Origin: Felis catus
Taxonomy: Eukaryota
Direction: 5' to 3'
Length of the DNA: 64,000 nt
Assembly: GCF_018350175.1 (NCBI RefSeq)
Contig: NC_058368.1
Coordinates: forward strand, 75,704,001 to 75,768,000
Of the stretch, positions 36,581-47,981 are shown piece after piece (positions within the stretch are counted from its first letter, which is position 1; each line of letters opens with the position of its first letter). A program made the position numbers and the translations under genes. The notes beneath the pieces are model-generated. The model searched no databases. It saw nothing but the letters and a program-made list of their open reading frames with translations, and had not been told where the DNA came from.

Positions 36581-38783
36581 TTTCTAATCCTGATATTGAA
36601 ATCCTGAGTACTAACCAAATAGGTTCAATACAATAAAGATAACGGAAACTTTCCCTGATTGTTTAAGTTCATCCACGCTTTCCAAATACCGACTTCCATC
36701 ATGTATTTCGTCACCAAATGAACCCACAACCTTCTCCAGGGTGAACAGCTCAACCATAAGGTGGAGACACGTTCTGAGGCAAATCACGATACCTGCGTTC
36801 CCTCTCTGAACCATCCCGTCTCACAAACTTCTCACAGGGAAAAACATCACATCTGAAGTCTAGGTGGTGAGCAGGTTCTCAGCAGTGTCTGGGGGCAGGG
36901 AGGGGAGGAAGCACACAGGAAAATGGATGTAAACGATGTGGCCGTATCGTCTACAAATCCACATCCGCGTGAACATGCGCACTTCCGCCCACACTCAGAT
37001 GCACTTGTGTTATAGGTGTAAGTGTGGGCGTAGCTGGAGAGAGAGATCTAGACGGCTGCAGGTGTCGGCACAGAACGCGCCTCACCTCTCTCGTCACTTT
37101 AGCGTGCTTTGCGGAGCAAGCAGTGAAAGTGAACCATCCAAGACCGATTCCTGCAGGCCTGGCCTCCCAGCCCCAGCCTCCTCCTCAAACATCCCTGGAA
37201 ACTGGCTTTGGCCTGTGCACATGACGGTCCTCTGGCTCCGTCAATTGCAGACTTCGGACCCTACCCCCACCTCTGTCCAGTAGTCCACAGAAGATGCTAG
37301 TGTTTTCTCAACCTTCAGGGCTGCCGAGGTCAGGTTTCCAGTCACCTGCCCAGTCGTACAGCTAGGCCTGGGGGGTTGGGGGGTGCAGACACCTGCCCCG
37401 GGTCACGCTAGTGCAGGGGCTTGGCGTCCCCTCTAACAGGAACACGGGGCTAACAGTATGGGCCTGAAGACAAGTCTGAGTCATGACACCCTAGTCTTGT
37501 GTCCTGGCTCCTGGCCGCACCAGGGAGGGCACAAGAGTTTCCCTAGAGAGTATAACTCGAAGGCCTCAGGGCCCCGGAGCAGAGTCTCTCCGGATTGCGA
37601 CCAGGCTCTCCTGGCTCTCTGGGCACTGACATAGAACGCCACAGATAAAGGGGGGCCCTCACACCTGCTACTGCTCCTGAAACCCCACGTTTTCCCTTGG
37701 CTGGTGGGTGCTATTCGCCCTTAACATTAGAGCAGGCCCACTTCTTTACCTTCTCTGCCACTCAGACCATCTCCCGAACAGTAGAATTCCCCTGGAATAT
37801 CGCCAACAATTGTATCGAATATATGTCCCTGCTAGAAGCTTAATTTTACTTGATTGTATCCTGAAAACAAAAATGAATGGGGGCAGGGGAGGGAATACCG
37901 AGGCAGTTCAGGGCACAGGAGAAGCTGTACCTTGAAGAGTCCCGTGGGACGGATCACATTTCACATTTGTGCTAAATGTCCTTATAACTCTCACCTATGT
38001 TTCCAAAAAAAGAAATGGCTGCAAGTCGTTACTTATTCCGAAGTACTCATCCCTACAGCTCTCCGTGCTGTCATGCCTGCCTTTCAAGAGGCATCATGGT
38101 CGAAAAGCAAGGAGAATGCATCTTCACCTTTTAGAAAATAATCCGAAGTATTTTCTTAACTACAGTCCCTGGCAAAGTACCAACATATACATGCTCATAA
38201 AATGGTTTGGTATGAATGAATCAATCAATGAGTCAATGCATCAAATGATGAAGGCATGGAAACGTTCTCATCAAACTGAAGCCCCTTGACAACTGTCAGG
38301 GACTGACATCCTACAGCACAGCCCAAAAAATACAGTGCCAGGGTTTTGTTTCAAGACACTGTTGTGAAAATAACTCATTTCATACAATTAAGCAGAATGA
38401 AACACCCTCTATAAAAGCTTCGCATAATGTTCTTTGTTGCTGGATTTCTTTTTGTAACAATGTCATTCACATGTCCCTATAGGGGTGTGGTTTACTTTCC
38501 AATTACGCACTGGCCTGTGAGGTCTCTGCAAGCAGAGACATCGTCTTATTTTCATTTTGTTTCTTCGATTCCTCCAGAGTCACTGGCCTCAGACTACAGT
38601 TAGCAGAAGTTGCTTTTTCGAATGCTCCAAAAGTATACAATGATCTATCACCAAAAGTTCTAACTTTTTTAAAGTGGAAACCCATAAATAAAGAGGAAAT
38701 GGAGATTAAAATAAGGAGGGTCATTAAAACTATATTCTAAATGATATTGTGTCAATATGGTCCTTAAAGATAGGGATCACATC

Positions 38784-38975
38784 AGGTGTCTGGGTGGCTC
38801 AGTCAGTTGAGCCTCCGACTTTTGATTTCTGCTCAGGTCGTGATCCCAGGGTTATGGGATTGAGCCTCGTGTTGGGCTCTGCACTGAGTGTGGGGCTCCC
38901 TTAGGGTTCTTCCTCTCTCCCTATGTCTCTCCCCAACTCATGCTTTCTCTCTCAAAAAAAAATATGTATATATAA
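38784..38975 (+). mobile_element. Can-SINE (older), first of a tandem pair
   Basis: GGTGTCTGGGTGGCTCAGTCAGTTGAGC head. Confidence 0.9.
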
Positions 38976-38977
38976 AT

Positions 38978-39228
38978 GAGGATGCGTGGGTAGCTCAGTT
39001 GGTTGTGTCTGACATCGGCTCAGGTCATGACTCATGATTCATGAGTTCGAGCCCCATATTGGACTCTGTGCTGACAGCTCAGAGCCTGGAGCCTGCTTCC
39101 GATTCTGTGTCTCTCTCTCTGTCCCTCTCCCACTCCCCACTCATGTTCTCTCTCTCTCAAAAATAAATAAACATTAAAAAAATTTAAATGTATAAATAAA
39201 ATAAAAAACATAAAATCTGAAAAAAATA
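38978..39228 (+). mobile_element. Can-SINE, second of the tandem pair
   Basis: Typical body and tail; pair bounded by AGGGA(T/C)CACATC. Confidence 0.92.
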
Positions 39229-39424
39229 AAGGGACCACATCTAATTTATTTCTGTATCTTTGGGTCCTTGTCCTGGGTCCCATAGCAGCTACCCCATTAA
39301 TTTGATTGGAATATTTGTTGATATCTGTAAACATTGTATTAATAAATAGTTGAAAGAATAATTCTGTGTTCCCATTTAGGCCTATGCAACGAGATTTCAG
39401 TTCCCGTGTCAAGATCAATGTATC

Positions 39425-39629
39425 TTTTTTTTCTTTAATGTTTTATTTATTTTCGGATACAGAGAGCGTGAGCTGGAGAGGGGCAGAGAGAGGGGGACAG
39501 AGAATCCACAGCAGGCTCTGTGCTGATAGGGTGACAGCAGCAACCCCAATATGGGGCTCAAACTCACAAACCACAAGATCATGACCTGAGCCAGTCATAT
39601 GCTCAACTGCCTGAGTCACCCAGGCGCCC
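39425..39629 (-). mobile_element. Can-SINE
   Basis: Antisense copy ending GAGTCACCCAGGCGCCC. Confidence 0.9.
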
Positions 39630-42600
39630 AGAGAACAGTGTATTTTAAGTTAGAGCAGAATGTCAGAAATAGGAAATGATTCTTGAATTTTCCGAGACTT
39701 TGTAACATTGCACAACTGTCAATATTGGTTCATACGGAATCAGTAGAAGTCACAGATTAAGCTAGAAAGGTCCAGAATAGCCAGGAAAAAAATTAAGGGC
39801 CTTTATTTTTTTATTTAAGTAGTTTGGCCTCTGTGCGGATGGACATAGAAACAGATTCTTAAGTACTTGCCACAAACTTCAATGAAAAGATATGTATTAT
39901 TGTGCATAAGATAAAAAAAAGGAAATGGGGCAAGGACTTCCCAGCTCCCTGCAGGAAAAGGTAGTGATTTACATCATTGCGTCTCACCTTCCTTGAGCTC
40001 ATCTTTTCCCATCAGGAATCTTCCATGGAGTCTCTGGATCCTTTTTCTTCTCTCATTGATTGACTTCTCAAGCTGCTTCTCCATGAACAGAAAACAAAAA
40101 AGCAAAACAAAACAAAGACAAAAATAAACAAACCAACAAACAAAAAAAACATTGAATCACATGCAGAGACCAATTCTGTGTTCTTAAAATGCAGGAAGGG
40201 CAGCTTTCCTGAGCTACATGTCCAGATAATGCACCACACTGGGTTTTCCAATGGGAAGATGTGGCCCATCAAAACTAGGGAAGAAAAAGCCCATTCAGAG
40301 AATACTTAACAAAAAATGATGAGTCTGAGCCTAAATATGAAGGAACATATTTTAAACCACCTCAAAAATCATTTTCCAAATAGATCTTAAAAGCCCCAAA
40401 CTTCCTTTTAGTTTTCTCCTTCCACTTATGGCATGTGAGTAACTATGGTGTCATTTGGTGGTGACACTCAGCCATGATCTCTCTTTACTTGGCAATCTTG
40501 GGGTCATTTGTAATGTTTTGTTTTTTTGTTTTGTTTTTTTAGGAGTTTTTACTCATCTTTTCCTTGGCATGAAAATTCATGGTGCCTCCTGTTAATGCTG
40601 CACAAAATCAAATGCTCCCCCACCGTGTGCATCCAAGTCCCGACTCTGTAATGAGCGAATGTGTCTTTGAGGTCTTCAAGCACCTCCAGACGTGCACAGA
40701 GGGGACACCATTTAGCTGGAGACAAAGACAGCGGAATTCAAGACACCACCACTAGGGGGTGCTTGCCCTGGAAAGATGACAATCTTAACGCAATCAGCTT
40801 TTACTAACGGTAGGGGGATTGTCCTCTTTGCGTGGGGGAGAGGTTGGTCTATAACCACCTGGGCTAGACTGGAACTCTTTCCTGGCACTGTGGGTCACCA
40901 AATCCACAGATTAAGAAGTGAAGACATTCAGCATCTCAGTCCCCCTACCTGCCCTTCCTCCGAGACTCCCCGCCCCCACGTCTTCCCACCCGCCACAAAG
41001 AACAGGAATCTCGAGTCTCGCTGCGACACCGTGGCAAATTTCCCTGGGAAGGAGACCCCATTCATGGGAAAGTGCTTTTTTGTTGTTAGATGTTTAAGGA
41101 CATCGGAGAGGGTAAACTCAACCCAGAGGAGAATGAATTAGGAATGTGATGTTTTTCATTTTAATCAAGCATCCTGTGTCTGGATCTGCGAACACAAAGT
41201 TCACTTCGGAGGCTAAGAAGGCCGGCCTCCGGGTGCGTTTGTTTTTCAAGGTCAGTCACCTTTCGCTCTCGTGCAGGCGATCGCACGGGCGCAAGATTCG
41301 ACTCCTACGAATGTACCCCACAGGAAAACCGATGCTTCCCCGGTCATGCCAACCCAGTTACTTTTCTCTAATGATTCTGGGCTAACGACACACAGCGAAC
41401 AATGTTCACTAGAAATAGATTAACTCGGCGTTTCAGTGGATGGGAGCTGGCTTCCAACGCTGGCCCCGAGGACAAAAGCCAGCCAGACAAAAGCTTCTCC
41501 CCTCTCTTTCGGGCCCTTTGATGCCGACTTTCAGCCCTTCTTTGTGGGGACAGCCTCATCGCTCGTGATTGATCTGAGAACCTGTGCACTTGGATTCCTT
41601 GAAACTTTTTGTCTCGGTGTCACGGGCATCTATTTTGCATTCGGGTCCCGTATCTGGGACTTCATCATATCCATATCCCTGCCACCAGATACAGAGGAGC
41701 TTTGTTCGGCCTCTCCTCCTGCTGGAGGAGTTTGTCCTAGGGGTTGCTTCTTGTTCTGAAACATGAAAATGTGTGAAGCATAAAACTCCAGCTGTGAATA
41801 CTTACCTCCCTGCAGTGTTAAAAAGTTCAATATACAAAACACCTGGTTTCAAGTAAAATGTACATCAAGATATACGGCGGAGAGACAGATTTAATATACC
41901 CCATAGGGCCCTGGGGCGGTTTTTAAATTAAAGACACAACACACTTTTTTGTTTTTTTCAGATGCGGTTTTACTATTTTACAAATAATGGGCCAATAAAC
42001 ATGACACAGTCAAAGGGACAGTTTTAAGAAGAATGGAGAGGAGTATTTTCATCTAAATGAAAATCACCGCTCTGTCTCTACCTCGATGCTTTGTAAATGT
42101 ATTCCGGGTCAGTAAAATTCTTTTTACAAGTGATAAAGGTGGCCAAAAGCCTCGGTGATTTCAATTCAGTAGGAAAGAGTAGCTCTTTAAGCTACTATTC
42201 AGTAGCTCTTTAAGCCTAGTGGCCTCCTAAATGTTTATCATGAATATAACTCATTTACTAGGAGATAAAGGTGGCAGGGGGACCCTTCTAAGGAGAGAAA
42301 CCCCCGTGTCTCCTACCACGTAAGAGCCCGATTAAGTGTGAGGAATTATTGTTAAGGGCTTTAATGCTCCAAAATTAAAGGGCTTTAATGCTCCAAAAAA
42401 TGAAACTCAAAAGATTTTTTTAGACGAAAAGAAAAAAAATTATGGAAAAACATTGCGATGGGAAAAATGGAGACGACAGGAAACATTTTTCCATGACCGT
42501 GACCAGTCATTAATGGGAGAAAATATCTTCAATGTTTTATTTATTTATTTTTTTTTCTGTCTGAATTTCCCATCTCAAGGAAACAAGAACAAAGTGGCCG

Positions 42601-42875
42601 TCCCCAGCAAGCATGGGGAGTGTGGCAGCCTGCGGACGTACAAGGAATCGTCTCAGTGTGTAGTCCCCTTCGAAGAATGTGCCAGAAGCTCCAGTGGAAA
42701 GTGGATGCTCTGTTTCTGCTTTCCCTCCCTCTGTTCACACCCACGCACCCTCCTCCGGTTTCTGACCCCTGCTTCCTAAAGTTTCCCATTTCCTAAAGTT
42801 TCCATAGCTTCCCACTATGACCACTGGATAGTGATACAGGTCATTCCCCAAAGTCCACTTTAGAAAAGGTGCAAA

Positions 42876-43109
42876 GGGGCACCTGGGTGGCTCAGTCGGT
42901 TAAGCCTCTGACTTAGGCTCAGGTCGTGACCTCGCAGTTTGTGGGTTCGAGCCCCGTGTCGGGCTCTGTGCTGACAGCTCGGAGCCTGGAGCCTGCTTTG
43001 GATTCTGTGTCTCCCTCTCTGTCGTCTCCTTCCCTGCTCACCTTCTGCCTGTCTGTCTCTCTCTCTCTCTCTCTCAAAAATTAATAAACATTTAAAAATT
43101 AAAAAAAAA
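42876..43109 (+). mobile_element. Can-SINE
   Basis: Full length; TSD AGA(A/C)AAGGTG(C/G)AAA. Confidence 0.96.
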
Positions 43110-43129
43110 GACAAGGTGGAAAGAGGGGG

Positions 43130-43340
43130 CTTTAATTCCTCATCCTGTGACATTCCCGGGCAGCTGACGCACCGTTGTTAAAGAGCTCAGACCCTCTGAC
43201 CACTGACTGAGGAAACAAGCATGATGCAAGTTCCTTATCTGTAAAGCGGGAAAACATTCGTACCAACCTCATCACGTCTTGAAGAGGATGAGATGAGTTC
43301 AAACAGGAAAAAGTTTTAGAACAGTTCCTGTCACCAAACA
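43130..43340. mobile_element. MIR relic
   Basis: AGTTCCTTATCTGTAAAGCGGG...ACCTCA...GAGGATGAGATGAG...TTAGAACAGTTCCTG. Confidence 0.7.
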
Positions 43341-43959
43341 AAACGGAACCCTTAGCCACCATTCCCATCATCATCATATCTTGGTTTTAGCAGACTCTTT
43401 GATTCGGCAGCGTATACCCACCCTACCGACAACTCTTGGTTCTACTTAATCTCCTGCTGAGCTTTTATTTAAAATATGTGGCAGAAATGCAAAGATACTG
43501 ATGTTGTATACAAAATACTCATGCGGTCACTCGGCAAGTATTTGTTCATCAATTGCAAAGGTGTTCAACCACCAGGGTACTGTCTTTTCGAAACGAGGAA
43601 GATGCATGGGATTTGGAGTTTTGGATATCTGGGGGCCAAGAATGGTTCTAGTTTTAGTTTCGCACGGATAAAAATGATGCATCATTTAACATCTCAAACT
43701 ATAAAATGCATGGTCACAGCCTCATCTGTTTGTGCAAGGGCGCTCCAGAATAATAAAATATTTCTCCAGTCGATTAATTCTCCTGCTCTCTGCAATGATC
43801 ATTTTGTTCTCCTCATAAAAAGAGCCAACAACCCCTCCTCACCAGAGTTAGGTGATCTTGCAAGAGTAAACAGAAGCCATTGGATGGGCAAGCTCTCGGT
43901 ATATGGCAACCTGCGTCAGTAATCTCTTAGCAAACTAAAGAATTTTATTTCTCGTTTCA

Positions 43960-44790
43960 CCTGAGGCCAGGCTCTCCGTGTATGTTTCAATACTCTTTAG
44001 TCTCCGTGCCTCCGCAATGCTTCCACAGGCTTCCACCAGCCTCACGCTTGTTCTCAACACAGCCGCCATCATCCTGGTGGTCCGAGAACATCTCTTTTCT
44101 GCTGAAAACCTTCCTCCAGTGGCTCCATCACTTTCAGAGTGAACACCAAAGTCCTGCTCGTGACCTGCACAATCTTTGCTCGTGCAAAGTCCTGCCAAGC
44201 CCTAGGGCCACAGCTCCCCAGATGGCTCCCTGGAGAGGCAGCATCGGATCCCCCCGGAACCTGATAGAAATACGGATTCTCGAGCAGCACGTCAGATGTG
44301 GAATCAGAATTTCTGGGGGTGGGGAAAGGTACAATTTCACAAGCCTGCCAGGTGATTCTGACGCGTTTCTCATCCTTTCCTCTGTTCCAAACTCCCAGCT
44401 CTCCATTTTCATGAAACTCCCCAGTCATGTTCCCACCTCGGGGCACCTGTACTTGGGTTTCTCTGCTTCACACACCCTGTACCCACTGAAACTCACGCCT
44501 TAATGCCTTGCCTCCAAAATGTATTGACTCAAATGTCACCTTCCCAGCAAGGGTTGTCTCAAATGGCTTGTTTTACATTGGATCTTCCCCATCTATATGC
44601 ACTCTGTCTTCCTTCATTGTTCGATGTGTTTTGTTTTGTTTTGTTTTGTTTTCCACCGCATTTATTATCTTACCAAATACAAAACATTTTACTTCTCACG
44701 TTTGCCTGGCTCTACCATAGGAAGGTCTCTCCTTCCGGTATCACATTCAGCACCGTTCACCCACAGCCTGGAAGAGTGGAAAGGCTGCTC
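43960..44790. mobile_element. L2 relic interrupted by MER5A
   Basis: CTGCTGAAAACCTTCCTCCAGTGGCTCC...CTCAAATGTCACCTTCCCAG, typical of L2. Confidence 0.65.
44208..44366. mobile_element. MER5A-like hAT MITE
   Basis: GCAGCATC...TAGAAATACGGATTCTCG...GAATCAGAATTTCTGGGGGTGGGG...ACAAGCCTGCCAGGTGATTCTGACGC. Confidence 0.8.
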
Positions 44791-44874
44791 CGAGACATTG
44801 GTTGGGGGGGGGGGGGAGGGGTCCCATCTGAACTTCGCCTTGTGGGCACTTCAGTTTCTTTTACACCAGGATGC

Positions 44875-45292
44875 GTGCGTATCTGCAGCTTTTTCTGTAT
44901 TCTGTAGCAATAAATAATCCCCAAATCTTACAGTCTTAAAACAGTCCTGTTTTCCTTGGTCAGGATCACATGGGGACTCTGGGGAAGGTGTTCTGCTAGG
45001 ATCTGCTGGGCTTTACTGGACTCTGCTCAGCTCACTGCCACGTTATCTTTTTATTATGAGAACTGAGCTGAAGGAAAACGCTCAAGGAGCAGGATGAGGT
45101 AGAGGGCACTCGTCGCGTCTCTAAAAGTATCTGCTAGGCTGTGACAAATGTCCACTCACATCCCACTGGCCGAAGCTGGAAGCGTGGCCAACTCCAGAAT
45201 CTTTGGAAAAGCGAACATATTCTTTCAATAAGACTGGGTGGCCAAGAGAGGGAGAGGAAAACAGTTGGAAACAGATTGCTCGATCTGCCACA
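44875..45292 (-). mobile_element. Old MaLR LTR (MLT1J/K-like)
   Basis: GTAGCAATAAATAATCCCCAAATCTTA...CTTAAAACA; TCCACTCACATCCCACTGGCC; ends ATCTGCCACA. Confidence 0.65.
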
Positions 45293-45349
45293 ATATGTAA
45301 TCAATGCAAGGATGAGATAATCTTCCTTGGATTTCAGAGAACTACAGTA

Positions 45350-45563
45350 TTTTTTTCTTAAGTTTATTTATTTATTTTGAGAGAGATGGCGAGGCGAGCG
45401 TGAGGGAGGGAGGGGCAGAGAGGGAGAGAGAGTGAATCCCAAGCAGGCTCCGCGCTGTCAGCTCAGAGCCCCATGCGGGGCTCGAACCCGTGAACTGTGA
45501 GATCATGACCTGAGCTGAAACCAAGAGTCAGACACCAGACCCACTGAGCCACCCAGACGCCCC
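45350..45563 (-). mobile_element. Can-SINE
   Basis: Antisense full length. Confidence 0.95.
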
Positions 45564-45769
45564 AAGAGCGGCTGTATTTTTAAAGGAAAGAGACACATTA
45601 CTGGAGAGCCTCTCCACGTTGCAGATCTGGAATCGTTGGCCGGATACACAGGGAAATGGCAGCTTTACTCTGTAAAGTAAGACTATGGGAGAGAAAGTGG
45701 TAGCCTCACTTTTCATAGAACACATTTAAGGCCTGCTTAAAATTGTTTACAAAACAGGGTATTTTCCTT

Positions 45770-46560
45770 TTGTAATTATTGTTTTCATTGTGATAAAATA
45801 CAGATAGTCTACCATTTTGCTATGGTAAAATACAATTTACCAACATGCGTGCAGTTTACCGTTTAAACCATTTTTAAAAAATTTTTTAACGTTTTATTTA
45901 TTTTTGAGACAGAGACAGAGCATGAACAGGGGAGGGTGAGAGAGAGAGGGAGACACAGAATCTGAAACAGGCTCCAGGCTCTGAGCTGTCAGCACAGAGC
46001 CCGACGCGGGGCTCGAACTCACGGACCGCGAGATCATGACCCTAGCCGAAGTAGGACGCTTAACCGACTGAGCCACCCAGGCGCCCCAACCGTTCAAACC
46101 ATTTTAATGTATAGTTAATTCAGGGGCACTACCTTCCACTATTTTGCAACCATCACCTCTTCTGGTTTTGGGTTTTCTCATCAATCCAAATGGAAACCTC
46201 ATATCTATTCACTCCTCATCCTCTTATCCCAGCCCCTGACAACCACCAATCTGCCTATTCTGGGTATTTCATATAAATGGACTCCTACAATATGGACCCT
46301 TTAATCTCTGGCTTCTCTCACATAGCAGAATATTATCAAAGTTCAGCCACGTTGTAGCATATATCACTAATCCCTTCTTTTTATGGGTGGATAATATTCC
46401 ATTGTATGGAGAGACCACATGATTATCTGTTCATCTGCTGATTAAATTTGGGTTGTTTCCAGCGGTGAGCTATTGTGAATGGTGCTGCTGAACATTTGTG
46501 TGAACATATTTGAGCACATGATTTAAATTTGGGGTGGGGGGAGGTCTATACTTAGAAGTG
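45770..46560 (-). mobile_element. L1 3' end (L1MB-like), interrupted by a SINE
   Basis: CAGCCCCTGACAACCACCAATCTG...CATATAAATGGA...TAATATTCCATTGTATGG...TTGGGTTGTTTCCA. Confidence 0.85.
45876..46087 (-). mobile_element. Can-SINE inserted in L1
   Basis: TSD ACCGTT(T/C)AAACCATTTT on both sides. Confidence 0.97.
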
Positions 46561-47772
46561 GCTATAAGTTTTAATGGGGATTGAGATACGTTAAATGATA
46601 TGGTAGGGCAATATTTTAGATGATGACAGAGGGTTTTTTTTAACTACATTTGTCTTGTCACCCATATTCCACCCCACCCCCCACCCCCGCCCTACACGCC
46701 AATCTGTTCGTTGCTTTAGGAGGAGTACATATATAGCCTAGAAGAAAGAGTTACAGAATAGATTTCTTTTTTATTTGAGCCAAACGTTTCAAATGCTAGA
46801 ATCAGGCACTTGAGATAAAATATCTTTGACATTCAGAAGATATGTGTTTCAAATATCAGCACAGAAAACACGATAAAATGGGGCATAGGATGTATCTGTA
46901 AACAAGAGATTGGAAAGAAAAAAAAGGGGAGGGGCGTTTTTCCCTGGCCTCCCACTGGGGGTTTGAAAACCTTAAAGGAAGTGTAAGGAGAAGGTGCAAA
47001 CTTCAGTGAAATTTGGGGGAAATCTCAGAAAATAAAGGATCTAAGCTTTGATTCTCTGGAAAGGACAGTGGTATAGACAGCTCCGATTCCACACAGAGCT
47101 GGAACGCTGAACACAATGGCTGAGTGCCGTGTTCAAGGGGGCGTGCCTGGGCACATCCTCTGAGGCACCCAGCCCAGGGTCAGGGTCACACCACCAGTGG
47201 CCCAGTGGCCCAGTCAGGGTTGCAAAAACTCATTTGCAAATGTGAACGTAGTGACTGGAACCCAGAGTGGGTTGTCAGACATCAGATTTCATTGGTAAGA
47301 AATGCTGGCTCATGACCTCAGAAGAATTCCATCACAGAAGTCACTGGGGCTTGCATGGTACTTACAGAGTGAAAACTGGTGGTTTAAGCACTTAAAATGG
47401 GTCAATTAATTTAATGTGATTATCAATGCTTTGGAACAGATACTTTTATTATAATCTTGTCTTAGGTACAGAAATTAAGGCATAATTAGGGTACATAACT
47501 TGCCCAAGATAGCCCGGAGGGGAGGAAGACCCGAAGCAACTCCCATTTTCCATCCCCAGTCACAGAGAAGGAAAGGGGTCGGGGAATATATGTGACAGAG
47601 CATTTGAGGCTGGATTTTACCTTGATCTGCAAAATTATGTGTTTTGTCATCAGTGGACATCTGGACCTATCCATTGCATAGTTCTCTATCTCCCTGTCTT
47701 TCTGTCTCTTATTACATATCAATCTCCACACTTCTTGCGCTGCCTAGAGTAGTGCTGGCTTCACAATAAACA

Positions 47773-47981
47773 TTTTTTTAATGTTTATTTATTTTTGAGA
47801 GAGATAGAGCATGAGCCAGGGAGCAAGAGGGATAGCAAGAGAGGGAGACACAGAATCCGAAGCAGGCTCCAGGCTCCGAGCTGCCAGCACAGAGCCCGAC
47901 GTGAGGCTCGAACTCGCAAACTATGAGATCATTACCTGAGCCAAAGTCAGGGGCTTGACCAACTGAGCCACCCAGGTGCCC
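47773..47981 (-). mobile_element. Can-SINE
   Basis: Antisense full length; TSD CAATAAACA. Confidence 0.95.

Noticed and set aside
36611..36814. Minus-strand ORF (..LFTLEKVVGSFGDEIHDGSRYLESVDELK..)
   Set aside because: Lacks convincing splice sites; no recognised homologue; length within chance expectation
43476..44917. Cluster of 106-173 aa ORFs
   Set aside because: Largely overlap L2 and MER5A relics; no recognisable domains
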